NCBI GenBank assembly: GCA_038872135.1
Contig: JAVZGN010000002.1
Location: 41,368-105,367 of the forward strand
DNA length: 64,000 bases
Reading direction: 5' to 3'
Origin: Candidatus Hadarchaeales archaeon
GTDB taxonomy: Archaea > Hadarchaeota > Hadarchaeia > Hadarchaeales > Hadarchaeaceae
This document shows positions 55,415 to 64,000 of the stretch, in pieces (the first letter of the stretch is position 1; each line of letters begins with the position of its first letter). The position numbers and the translations under genes were made by a program. Below the pieces are notes generated by a model. It was not told the DNA's origin. It did no database searches and was given only the letters and a program-made list of their open reading frames with translations.

Positions 55415-58125
55415 CGATGCACAAGCTTGGATTCTTCCTCATGACCTAATCTTAGGCCGCTTGAGATTTCGGGGAGACTCTTCTTCCCGAGCCTGAGGTA
55501 CCTCCACACAACAGCTAAAACAACGATTGAAAGGACTATGAAGGCGGCCACAATGAGGTAGGGGGACGAAACACCGGCTAGAGGAACTGTCGGCATCGTA
55601 GAAATTGTGATGGTGTGAACGGAGAAGTAAGGGATTGAGACGATAACTTGGATCCCTCTGCCTCCCTTCACCAAATAATATTCTGGTAAACCATTGTCAT
55701 TTGTCGGGTCGAGGGCATCTACATAATCATCTGCAAGGGCTATTTCAACGTCATTGAGGAGGACCCTAGCAGTCCATCCCGCCGGGAGCACTCGATTTTC
55801 AACATTTATCACAACTGTTGTGCCATTTTCCATCGAGCTGATGTTCTCCACGACGAGCTCTACTTTTTCACCGAATACTACCGTGCCGAGTGTTATCCTG
55901 AGGTCCTTGTGCTCGTATCCCCTTGAAATTCCCGGTTTTTCAGCTTCAATTCTGATAGCCACGACCGCTCCGAGATTTCCCCTTAGGAAGGCATTTTCCA
56001 GCTCCCTCAATTTCTCCTCTTCAACTGGAACTCCGATATCAGCAGCCTGCTCGATAAAGTTGTTTTCCATGACTTCCATTTTCTGCTCTACCAGCTGGCT
56101 CACCACCGTAGCAGTGGAAATAGCAGTGGTAGCAGAATAGATGTTGTCGCCGGCAAAAAATGCGGTTATAGTGGCAGTTGTCTGATTTTCCACAATTGGG
56201 GCTGTGAAGATGACCGTGGCCTGCCCAGAGTTGTCAGTACTGCTGGTGAAGTAGCTGAGGCTTCCGAGGGTTGTTGACCAGGAGATGATTTTGCTGGAAA
56301 GTGGAAGCCCTCGCGAGGTGAGCTTGACGATCAAAGTCTCGGTCTTTCCAGATCCTATTACGAAACTTGCCGGGGAAATCGTGAGGGTTGTGGGAGCCGG
56401 GGTTATCGTCACCGTCAGACTCGCATTGCTCGAATAATAGCTCGCATCCCCGGCGAAAGAAGCCGTGACCACAACATTTTCGGATGCCGCGACACCTTGG
56501 GCAATGTAAATAACTGAGGCATTGCCATTCCCATCGGTTGTAGTGGCGGTCGCCGAGAGAACACCTTTTGCAACACTCCAGGAAATGGTCTTTCCTGAAA
56601 GGACCAACCCATTCGCGTCTTTGAGGGTAGCCGTCAGCATCACCGAATCGCCGGGTAAAATGCTCAGGCTAGAAGGAGCTATCGTTAAAAAGGTGGAGAT
56701 TCTTGAGGGGGGAGGGGAGGGCGTTGTAATTCTCGCGCTCCGGCTTTCGACCATCTGAAACCAAGTTGTTGTCGTAACAGTTGCACTCCTGCTCTCAGCC
56801 AGAGTATACCACAAAGCTGTTGTGATTGTAGCAGCCCAATTTTCGGCCAGCTGAAACCATGCTGGTTCTTTTGGCCCTATTTGCACGGATGGCATAGGAT
56901 CTATCGACTTTCGAAGAATTTTCCAGACATCACGCCTGTAATTCCCATCGTAACCTCCCATCACCCAGACTGCATCTTTGAAAACAACTGATGAGTGTTC
57001 ATATCTCGCGCTCCATGTGACTCCGGTCAATTTCGTCCAGCTTGAGCCATTTTCTGAATACCAAATGTCGGAAAGATATTCCGCCCACAACTCCCCATTG
57101 CCACCAATAACCCACATCCGGTTGTCAAAAACAACTGAAGTGTGATATCTCCTGGGAGTCCAGCCGCCATTTCCAGTCGCTTGGAACCAGTTTTCACCAT
57201 CTGAAGAGTACCAGACATCATTCTTGAAAGCACCGCTTGAGTATCCTCCAATCACCCACATCCTGTTGTTGAAGACCACCGAGGAATGGCTGTGGCGCGG
57301 GCTCCAAGGGGCTGCTGAAGTAACCTGACACCAGTTAACACCATCACTAGAATACCAGACATCATTCTTGTAGTTGCCATCATAACCTCCGATTACCCAG
57401 ATTTTACCGGCAAAAACAATCGAAGTGTGGCCCCATCTCGCCGACCATCCTGGAGAAGATGTTGCGAGTATCCAGTTTTCGCCATTCTCCGAATACCAGA
57501 CCTCAGAGTCTGGGCCACCGATTACCCACATCCGATTGTTGAAAACCACCGATGTGTGATTTCTTCGCGAAGTCCATCCCGCATTGTCAACAACTAGCAT
57601 CCAGTTAACTCCATCGGCTGAACACCAGACATCATTTTCTGCGTTTTCAGCCCCTCCTCCAATCACCCAGATTTTATTATCAAATACGAGGGAAGTGTGG
57701 GCATACCTTGGAGACCAGCCGGCATCTGCCGTCGCCTGAACATCAGCATACGGAAGAATAGTGTTCTCCCAGCTGCTCACATTTGTGGCCGTGGGATTTC
57801 CATAGTAAACGTAAATCGTGTTGTCGGAATTTTCAGGCCTCCGCACCCAAATAGTCGCGTTGTCTGGGGTGTAGTTCTCGACCCAGAAATTGAGAAGGCC
57901 GAAATTATCGTTCTCCAGAAACCTTAGATCTCTGAAGTCTGGTTGCATCTCAGCGTAGAAGGGGAGAATTATCTTCAGATGAATATTCTCGGGATGAGGG
58001 GAAATTGTGATGGCCCTCCTCCTCGTCCAACTCTCATCCCACCATCCGGCGGCTGCTGCGTAGGGAGAACTTAGAAGCATCGACAAGAGAAAAATCACTA
58101 AAAACGCCCGCGAAAACCGTTGCAT
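55411..58125 (-). CDS. cell-surface protein: signal peptide, DUF2341-like domain, six-blade Kelch-type beta-propeller, 3 W16 repeats, Ig-like (Big) domains, C-terminal TM anchor
   Basis: Trimmed to ATG 58125 (MQRFSRAFLVIFLLSMLLSSPYAAAAG). That ATG sits 2 nt after the stop of 58128..58724. Contains WWDESWTRRRAITI (DUF2341-like) and six repeats W.[PA]R..H[TS]S[VLI]VF.N..WVIGG......ND[VI]WYS.DG.NW. C-terminal TM YLIVAAFIVLSIVVLAVVW. Confidence 0.75.
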   Translation of the reverse strand: MQRFSRAFLVIFLLSMLLSSPYAAAAGWWDESWTRRRAITISPHPENIHLKIILPFYAEMQPDFRDLRFLENDNFGLLNFWVENYTPDNATIWVRRPENSDNTIYVYYGNPTATNVSSWENTILPYADVQATADAGWSPRYAHTSLVFDNKIWVIGGGAENAENDVWCSADGVNWMLVVDNAGWTSRRNHTSVVFNNRMWVIGGPDSEVWYSENGENWILATSSPGWSARWGHTSIVFAGKIWVIGGYDGNYKNDVWYSSDGVNWCQVTSAAPWSPRHSHSSVVFNNRMWVIGGYSSGAFKNDVWYSSDGENWFQATGNGGWTPRRYHTSVVFDNRMWVIGGNGELWAEYLSDIWYSENGSSWTKLTGVTWSARYEHSSVVFKDAVWVMGGYDGNYRRDVWKILRKSIDPMPSVQIGPKEPAWFQLAENWAATITTALWYTLAESRSATVTTTTWFQMVESRSARITTPSPPPSRISTFLTIAPSSLSILPGDSVMLTATLKDANGLVLSGKTISWSVAKGVLSATATTTDGNGNASVIYIAQGVAASENVVVTASFAGDASYYSSNASLTVTITPAPTTLTISPASFVIGSGKTETLIVKLTSRGLPLSSKIISWSTTLGSLSYFTSSTDNSGQATVIFTAPIVENQTTATITAFFAGDNIYSATTAISTATVVSQLVEQKMEVMENNFIEQAADIGVPVEEEKLRELENAFLRGNLGAVVAIRIEAEKPGISRGYEHKDLRITLGTVVFGEKVELVVENISSMENGTTVVINVENRVLPAGWTARVLLNDVEIALADDYVDALDPTNDNGLPEYYLVKGGRGIQVIVSIPYFSVHTITISTMPTVPLAGVSSPYLIVAAFIVLSIVVLAVVWRYLRLGKKSLPEISSGLRLGHEEESKLVHR
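56715..56865 (-). repeat. three units of the same 16-residue Trp-periodic repeat as in the giant protein
   Basis: WFQLAENWAATITTAL / WYTLAESRSATVTTTT / WFQMVESRSARITT, between the Kelch propeller and the Ig-like domains. Confidence 0.7.
56890..57725 (-). repeat. six tandem Kelch-like blade repeats (~130-140 nt each) within the surface-protein gene
   Basis: Recurring protein units ...W[ST][PAS]R..H[TS]S[VLI]VF[NDAK]..[MI]WVIGG... visible as DNA periodicity. Confidence 0.75.
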
Positions 58126-58127
58126 GA

Positions 58128-58724
58128 TTAGCCCCATAGCCATAGACTTACAGTAAATCCTGCATAAGAGCCAGCGGGCAACTTCCATCCCGTTCCATTA
58201 TTGTCGAACACTGCATTTATCCTCACATATCCGTTGGCCGTCCCATACCCGGAGTTTTCAAAAACATATTCAATCAAGTCGGTTGAGTTATCATGCCAGC
58301 TGAAGCCTGATGTCCATTGCAACTCAACCTTTACATTTTCTTTTGAAGCGTAGGCTGGTGGATCTCCATCCAAATTTATTGCATCTGCCCTCACAGCCGG
58401 CACCACATCGAAGGGGGTCTCATAGGGGATATCAACAGTCTGACCGGGCCCAGTTATTACATCTAGACAATAGTTTGTATTTCCCGCATATTGACCAAGC
58501 CAGCTATTTTTATCATATCCAGAACCATGCTTCATTATATAGATGTTTTCAAACCCATCGGTGTTTTCTGAGATAAAAGAGTATCCACTTCCGCTCCAGA
58601 CGGCAACGAGTCTCCACCGAGGTCCCTGAACAATCGATTCTTTGGCAGGGAGATATGAAGTGATAAGTAAAACAGCGATTACCAAAGTAGCTAAAATTCC
58701 TGCAGCCTGCCATCTTCCAATCAT
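58128..58724 (-). CDS. single-pass membrane protein; paralogue of 44383..45033
   Basis: 198 aa. N-terminal TM WQAAGILATLVIAVLLITSYL. Shares ENIYIMK, GPGQTVDI and YVFENSGYGTANGYVRINAVFDNNG with the other copy. Stop is immediately adjacent to the start of the downstream surface-protein gene. Confidence 0.6.
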   Translation of the reverse strand: MIGRWQAAGILATLVIAVLLITSYLPAKESIVQGPRWRLVAVWSGSGYSFISENTDGFENIYIMKHGSGYDKNSWLGQYAGNTNYCLDVITGPGQTVDIPYETPFDVVPAVRADAINLDGDPPAYASKENVKVELQWTSGFSWHDNSTDLIEYVFENSGYGTANGYVRINAVFDNNGTGWKLPAGSYAGFTVSLWLWG

Positions 58725-58941
58725 CTTCCCAAATAGACTCCTTTTTTCTGCCTAAAAGCGATGTACATGGAAAATTTCTATGAACTATTTTATCCATGAA
58801 AAATTGCCTGAGAAGCAAAGGAAGTAGTGCAACCATCATCAATTTGAACATTGCCCTTTCTCAACTACAATGAGGAGGCTTTTGCGGGCTTAACAAAAAG
58901 TTAAAATGGCGATAACGCCGATGGATAAAAGAGTGAGCTAG

Positions 58942-61602
58942 ATGGAAAAGATGATTTATTTCTTTGAAGAAGCCGATGGAACCAACAAAAGACTGCTGGG
59001 TGGAAAAGGAGCAGGGCTTTGCACGATGGCTCAGCTGGGACTGCCTGTTCCCCCGGGTTTTGTGATTACCACTGAAGTCTGCAGAAGATACTATGAAGAG
59101 GGGGGAAAATTCCCAGAAGGTTTGCTGGAAGAGCTTGCCCGAGCGATGGAGCGACTGGAAAAGCTGACCGGAAAAAAATTTGGTGATCCAAAAAATCCCC
59201 TCCTCGTTTCCGTGAGATCGGGTTCGATGCTTTCAATGCCGGGGATGATGGACACTATTTTGAACCTCGGACTCAACGATGCAGTTGCTGAAGGACTCGC
59301 TCAGCTCTCTGGGGACGAAAGATTCGCCCTAGACGCCTACAGGAGGTTCATTCAGATGTTTGGAAAAATCGTGATGGGGGTTGACGGCAAGAAATTTGAC
59401 GAGATTTTTGAGGAGCAGAAAAAGAAGAGGGGAGCCAAAGCTGACACCGAACTTACAGTGGAGGACCTCAGAGAAGTGATTCAGAAGTTCAAGCAGCTTA
59501 TAAAGGCGGAAACTGGAAAAGATATCCCTTCTGAACCTTTCGAGCAGCTGAAGATGGCGGTTGGGGCAGTCTTCAGATCCTGGAATAACCAGAGGGCAAT
59601 TGAGTACAGGAACTTCTACAAAATCCCCCATGACCTCTACACCGCAGCGAACATCGTCACGATGGTCTTCGGAAATATGGGGGAGAACTCTGGAACTGGG
59701 GTGGCTTTCACCAGAAACCCGTCAACTGGTGAAAAGGAGATTTATGGGGAGTTTCTCTTTAACGCCCAAGGGGAGGATGTTGTCGCTGGGATAAGAACCC
59801 CGCTGAAGATATCCGAGCTGAAGCTCCGCAACCCAGAGATCTACCGGCAGCTTCAGGAAACTTCTGAAAAACTGGAAAAACACTACAAGGACATGCAGGA
59901 CATGGAGTTCACGGTTGAGCGCGGGAAATTCTACATGCTCCAGACAAGAGCGGGAAAGAGAACTGCGCAGGCGGCCGTCAAAATTGCAGTGGATATGGCG
60001 GAGGAGGGGCTAATAACAAAGGAAGAAGCCATAAGAAGGATAGAACCAGCGCAGCTAGAGCAGCTCTTCTTCAAGCAAGTGGATCCAAGGGCAAAGGTGA
60101 AAAAGATTGCAAAAGGACTGAATGCAAGCCCTGGGGCCGCGGTGGGGAAGGTTGTGTTTGATGCTGAGAGGGCGAAGGAACTGGCAAGGAACGGGGAGAA
60201 GGTGATTCTTGTGCGACCTGAGACAAGCCCAGACGATGTTGGCGGAATAATCGCTTCAGCCGGAGTTCTGACATCAAGGGGCGGATTTACATCCCATGCC
60301 GCCGTTGTCACGAGGGGGCTTGGAAAACCTGCAGTAGTGGGATGCGAGGCAATAGAAGTGAATGTGAGCGAGAAGTTCTTCAGGGCGGGAGATGTTGTCG
60401 TCAGAGAAGGCGACATCATTACAATCAATGGAAGCACAGGAGATGTTATTCTTGGGGAGGCTCCGCTCATCGAGCCAAAGATGTCGGAGGAAGTTATCAA
60501 ACTTCTTAAGTGGTGTGATGAGATGAAGAGACTGCAGAACTGGGCTAACGCCGACACTCCCCAAGACGCCAAAAAGGCGAGAGAGCTCGGAGCCCAGGGG
60601 ATAGGCCTCTGTAGAACAGAACACATGTTTTTTGGTGAGGAGCGACTACCAATCTTCCAGCAGGTGATTTTGGAAGAGGACCCAGAAAAAAGAAAACAGA
60701 TCCTGGCAAAGCTCCTGGAGTTCCAAAAGGAGGATTTCAAGAAGATTTTGAAGGAAATGGACGGGTTACCAGTGATCATAAGACTGCTCGATCCCCCCTT
60801 GCACGAATTTCTGCCCAGTCATGATGAGCTGGTTCAGGAAGTCATTGTCAGGAAGATGGGTGGAGGAAAAGATGAGAAGCTGAAGGCTGTAGAAAATCTT
60901 CTTAGAAAAGTTGAGGACCTGAGGGAAGCCAATCCTATGATGGGGCTGAGGGGGTGCAGGCTAGGCATCACCCACCCAGAAATAAATGAAATGCAGGTCA
61001 GAGCAATTTTTGAAGCTGCATGCGAACTGAAACTTGAGGGCTACAACCCGAAGCCGGAAATAATGATCCCAATAGTTGCTCATGTGAATGAGTTGAAGGT
61101 TGTAAGAGAGCAGCTGGAGAAGGTGGCGAAAGAAGTGATAGAAGCGAAAGGAGTGAAAGTCAACTACAAATTTGGGACGATGATAGAGGTTCCGAGGGCG
61201 GCTTTGACTGCGGACGAGATAGCTCAAGAGGCGGAGTTCTTCTCTTTTGGAACTAATGATCTCACCCAGATGGTTTTTGCCTTCTCTAGGGATGACGCCG
61301 AAAGAAAATTCCTCTTCCCTTATGTTGAGAAAAAAATTCTCCCAGCCGATCCATTCCAAACACTTGACCGGGAGGGGGTGGGAAAGCTAATGAAAATAGC
61401 CGTTGAGCTGGGAAGGAAAACTAGGCGGGATCTTGAGATAGGGATATGCGGTGAGCATGGGGGAGATCCGGCATCGATAGAATTCTGCCATGAGATTGGG
61501 CTGAACTATGTTTCCTGCTCTCCATTCAGATTACCGGTGGCAAGGCTTGCGGCGGCTCAGGCAGCTTTAAAAGTGATGGCGGAAAAAGAGAGATATCTAT
61601 AG
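58942..61602 (+). CDS. ppdK: pyruvate, phosphate dikinase
   Basis: 886 aa. N-terminal YFFEEADGTNKRLLGGKGAGLCTM, phospho-His domain GGFTSHAAVVTRGLGKPAVVGC, C-terminal PEP-utilising TIM barrel (GLCRTEHMF ... NDLTQ ... CGEHGGDP). Confidence 0.9.
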   Translation: MEKMIYFFEEADGTNKRLLGGKGAGLCTMAQLGLPVPPGFVITTEVCRRYYEEGGKFPEGLLEELARAMERLEKLTGKKFGDPKNPLLVSVRSGSMLSMPGMMDTILNLGLNDAVAEGLAQLSGDERFALDAYRRFIQMFGKIVMGVDGKKFDEIFEEQKKKRGAKADTELTVEDLREVIQKFKQLIKAETGKDIPSEPFEQLKMAVGAVFRSWNNQRAIEYRNFYKIPHDLYTAANIVTMVFGNMGENSGTGVAFTRNPSTGEKEIYGEFLFNAQGEDVVAGIRTPLKISELKLRNPEIYRQLQETSEKLEKHYKDMQDMEFTVERGKFYMLQTRAGKRTAQAAVKIAVDMAEEGLITKEEAIRRIEPAQLEQLFFKQVDPRAKVKKIAKGLNASPGAAVGKVVFDAERAKELARNGEKVILVRPETSPDDVGGIIASAGVLTSRGGFTSHAAVVTRGLGKPAVVGCEAIEVNVSEKFFRAGDVVVREGDIITINGSTGDVILGEAPLIEPKMSEEVIKLLKWCDEMKRLQNWANADTPQDAKKARELGAQGIGLCRTEHMFFGEERLPIFQQVILEEDPEKRKQILAKLLEFQKEDFKKILKEMDGLPVIIRLLDPPLHEFLPSHDELVQEVIVRKMGGGKDEKLKAVENLLRKVEDLREANPMMGLRGCRLGITHPEINEMQVRAIFEAACELKLEGYNPKPEIMIPIVAHVNELKVVREQLEKVAKEVIEAKGVKVNYKFGTMIEVPRAALTADEIAQEAEFFSFGTNDLTQMVFAFSRDDAERKFLFPYVEKKILPADPFQTLDREGVGKLMKIAVELGRKTRRDLEIGICGEHGGDPASIEFCHEIGLNYVSCSPFRLPVARLAAAQAALKVMAEKERYL

Positions 61603-61642
61603 CGGTTCATCGATTGAGCGAGTTCTAATCGCTCTAAAACCA

Positions 61643-62044
61643 TTAATTTTCTTTATAATAGCAAATTGCAAGCTTTTCATCGTAGACTTTTGGCTCAGAG
61701 AACTTTTTTGCTTGTTCGGGGGTTACCCCATCACTCCTCCTCCAGTTGTGCATGATAGCGTTTGCTTTGAGACCCAAATCAACTTTCCTGAGGAGGCAAG
61801 TTGTGTCCTCCTGGATTCTCCTGACCTTCTTCAGAGTGCATGAGATATCTTCTTGAACTCTTCTTATGTCCTCCTGAACCTTTTTCACCTCGCCGAGGAC
61901 CGATTCAATCCTCGAAAGGATCTGGTAGGTCTGTGCTGTAGTCGTTTCGAATATCCTCTGGGTCTGCCGGTTGCTCAGGATAACTGTGACAATTATCGGA
62001 AGGGTGATCGCCCCAAAAGCCTGAAGGATGTCCATCAATACCAT
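61643..62044 (-). CDS. small membrane-anchored hypothetical protein with short coiled-coil repeats
   Basis: Trimmed to ATG 62044 (MVLMDILQAFGAITLPIIVTVILS). Then KKVQEDIRRVQEDISCTLKKVRRIQEDTTCLLRKV (three similar ~11-aa units). Confidence 0.4.
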   Translation of the reverse strand: MVLMDILQAFGAITLPIIVTVILSNRQTQRIFETTTAQTYQILSRIESVLGEVKKVQEDIRRVQEDISCTLKKVRRIQEDTTCLLRKVDLGLKANAIMHNWRRSDGVTPEQAKKFSEPKVYDEKLAICYYKEN

Positions 62045-62156
62045 CTTTCTCTCACCTCCTATTTCTCCTTTTCCCGCCAAAGTTTTGGGAGGGAGTTGTT
62101 TATAAATGAAGAAAAGCGCCGCACTTATGGCCCGACGAGGCATGTTTGGCCGGAAG

Positions 62157-62858
62157 CTACAAGATGTTCATCACTTCTGCAAGGGAGTGAACCGTAAAAT
62201 CTGCTTCTTCTTCGTTGTGCCATTCCCTCCTGAAAACTCTAATTGTCTTCATCCCAGCATTTTTCGCTCCACGGATATCCGTGTATGGTTTATCCCCAAT
62301 CATCACGCACTCCTCCGGCTTTACTCCGAGCCTTGATGCAACTACGAGGAAGGCCTGAGGGTCTGGCTTTGGAAGGGGTGTTTCTTCCCCAGCAACAATT
62401 ACAGTTTCAAAATATTTCATCACAGAGAGATGGCTTATCCTCGCCCATTTTCTCCCTGGAGTTCCATCTGTGTCTGTGACCATTCCCAGCCTGTAGCCCT
62501 TTTTCTTCAAATAATCGAGGAGGGGCTCGGCATCTGGAAATGGTTCGCTGGCCTCAGAGTAGGAGTCCCAGTAGAGCGCTGTGAGTTCTTTCAGTTGGTG
62601 GTTTTCAAGCGGCTGCAGCCCCACCCTCTCCACAAGCTCCTGCCACCATCGGTCCCTGTCATAATCCCTTTTCACCTGCTTTTCTCTCTCGAGCTTCTCC
62701 AACTCAGCCTCAATCTTTTCCCTCTCGACATTATCTCCCCTTTTGGCAAGAAAATCCATCAACTTGTCGATAACTCTTCCGTGGGCTACCCTTGATGCCG
62801 CCTGAGCGTCCATCAGCGTTTCGTCGAGATCAAAGAGAACCGCCTTTATTCCCTTCAT
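62157..62858 (-). CDS. HAD-superfamily hydrolase (subfamily IA-like)
   Basis: Motif I AVLFDLDETL. Motif II/III GMVTDTDG ... K ... Motif IV MIGDKPYTDIRGAKNAGM. Confidence 0.85.
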   Translation of the reverse strand: MKGIKAVLFDLDETLMDAQAASRVAHGRVIDKLMDFLAKRGDNVEREKIEAELEKLEREKQVKRDYDRDRWWQELVERVGLQPLENHQLKELTALYWDSYSEASEPFPDAEPLLDYLKKKGYRLGMVTDTDGTPGRKWARISHLSVMKYFETVIVAGEETPLPKPDPQAFLVVASRLGVKPEECVMIGDKPYTDIRGAKNAGMKTIRVFRREWHNEEEADFTVHSLAEVMNIL

Positions 62859-63511
62859 TCCCTTCCCCCACAGAACTTCACAGTCATCTCTACCGTCCGA
62901 TTCCCCACTTCCTGCAAGGTTTCTTCAGAAATTCCCGGAACACCGCAGATCAAAAAAAGGACATCGGTCGTGGCGGTCGTGATTTTAGTTTCTTCCGCAT
63001 CCCTGTATGGGTATATCGCGATCAACTTCTTTGTATCCGCCACAACCAGCTCATTCCCAGAAAGTGTCTCGGGGGCATTCATCCCTATTCCCAAGAATTT
63101 TTCCCCCTCCACAGCTTCCCTTAGAAGAAGTTCTCCCTCAATTTTCCGAAAATCGAAAGCACCTATCGCCACACCAGTTCTAAGCGAAACGGCGTTATAA
63201 ACATCTACCAGAGTATTTATCTTAGGAATGGGCTTTCCTCCAAAGACGCGCCTCACTAGGGCTTCCCCCGCGGGCCTTATCTTGGTAGGGTCTATGCCGA
63301 TCCTCCAGTAAAAATCGCGGTAAGCCCGAAAAATCGGCACATCTTTGACCTCTTCAAGCTTCATCGATCTTTTTACCTCTTCTATCATTTCCTGCTTGAA
63401 GCCTTCCACCCCGGCGCTTTCGGTCTCCACTCTCACCCCCCGGACAATCCTGATGAGCGCCCTAAGCCCTGGAAATTTTTCAGCCAACTTTTCCTCAATC
63501 TTCAGCCACAT
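62855..63511 (-). CDS. B3/B4 tRNA-binding-domain protein (stand-alone PheT B3/4-like)
   Basis: 218 aa. Layout and LVVADTKKLIAI...G motif resemble the B3_4 domain family. Confidence 0.55.
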   Translation of the reverse strand: MWLKIEEKLAEKFPGLRALIRIVRGVRVETESAGVEGFKQEMIEEVKRSMKLEEVKDVPIFRAYRDFYWRIGIDPTKIRPAGEALVRRVFGGKPIPKINTLVDVYNAVSLRTGVAIGAFDFRKIEGELLLREAVEGEKFLGIGMNAPETLSGNELVVADTKKLIAIYPYRDAEETKITTATTDVLFLICGVPGISEETLQEVGNRTVEMTVKFCGGRE

Positions 63512-63546
63512 ACACTCTAAAGAAGCGCTTCAATATCTTTAAAGTG

Positions 63547-64000
63547 ATGAGGATTGGCTGTGCGGAGTTTGCGGTTCCTGGAAAAACTCTCCGGGAGAAG
63601 CTTGAGTTTCTTGAGAGACAAAAGCTTTGGCTAGAGTTAGCCAACGATGGAGCAAAAACTCCGAAAGATGTGAAGTCCCTGCTCGCAAACTACAGGGTTG
63701 AAATCCGGTCCCTTCAAGCCTACCGCCAGCATGAGCTAAATCTCCTCGCAAAAGATGAAAGCGAGAGGAAAGCGGCAAAAGCTCATATTGAGGAGACCAT
63801 GAGATTTGCCGGGGAAATCGGGGCGAGAAATGTGGTGGTCGTCACCGGCTATGGGGCTCCTGGAGTCATTGAACCCAGAAAAGTCCTTGGGGAGTCGCTG
63901 AGAGAGTTCAGCCAGCTTGGAGAAGAAATCGGAGTGACAATTGGACTCGAGCCTCTTGGAGCAAAAACTTCATTCCTCCCGCGGGTTGGAGATGTCGCTG
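63547..64000 (+). CDS. sugar phosphate isomerase/epimerase (xylose-isomerase-like TIM barrel), 5-prime partial in window
   Basis: MRIGCAEFAVPGKTLREKLEFLERQ ... NVVVVTGYGAP ... GVTIGLEPLG pattern. The ORF runs off the window end. Confidence 0.5.
   Translation, partial: MRIGCAEFAVPGKTLREKLEFLERQKLWLELANDGAKTPKDVKSLLANYRVEIRSLQAYRQHELNLLAKDESERKAAKAHIEETMRFAGEIGARNVVVVTGYGAPGVIEPRKVLGESLREFSQLGEEIGVTIGLEPLGAKTSFLPRVGDVA

Overview
This 64-kb window reads as an archaeal chromosome segment with roughly 50-55% GC. The archaeal assignment rests on recognisable genes: Alba, aIF2-alpha/Nop10/S27e/L44e/L40e, PriS/PriL/GINS/PCNA, RpoL/TFS, and GGGP synthase with geranylgeranyl reductase. Genes are densely packed on both strands, and many stop and start codons overlap (ATGA, TGATG).

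Most of the window is housekeeping:
- translation and RNA processing: aspS, a tRNA-Thr, ribosomal proteins, Sua5, RlmE, Dph2, Csl4;
- replication and repair: priS-gins, PCNA-priL, an Nre-like gene, a Hef-like helicase;
- ether-lipid synthesis: GGGPS and ferredoxin-GGR;
- a complete archaeal-type riboflavin operon: ribK-ribB-ribC-ribH-arfB;
- gluconeogenesis (FBP aldolase/phosphatase, PPDK) and amino-acid metabolism;
- a glycosyltransferase/epimerase cluster.

The non-ordinary part is two cell-surface loci.

Locus 1 (32.0-45.9 kb) has a divergent wHTH gene and then a single 11.6-kb ORF (3,861 aa). That ORF has an N-terminal signal-like segment, about 35-40 fibronectin-III-like modules, and a C-terminal TM helix with a basic repeat tail. 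The Fn3 arrays are interrupted five times by blocks of a 16-residue tryptophan-periodic repeat that I do not recognise (consensus about W-x3-E-S/T-W-x3-I-x-T-x3; 48-nt period). The ORF also carries a roughly 455-nt internal near-duplication of an N-terminal domain. It is followed by a 216-aa single-TM protein and a MinD-like ATPase.

Locus 2 (55.4-58.7 kb, minus strand) encodes a paralogue of that small TM protein, immediately followed by a roughly 905-aa surface protein. Its modules are DUF2341-like, a six-blade Kelch propeller, Ig-like domains and a TM anchor, and it contains three units of the same Trp-periodic repeat.

The recurring pair (small TM protein plus W16-repeat surface protein) is the best candidate for an undescribed module here.

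Three small genes missing from the ORF track were found by eye: a 2x[4Fe-4S] ferredoxin overlapping the GGR start, Nop10, and L40e. Several ORF-track entries were trimmed to internal starts supported by neighbouring stops.

No CRISPR array, rRNA or clear mobile element was seen.
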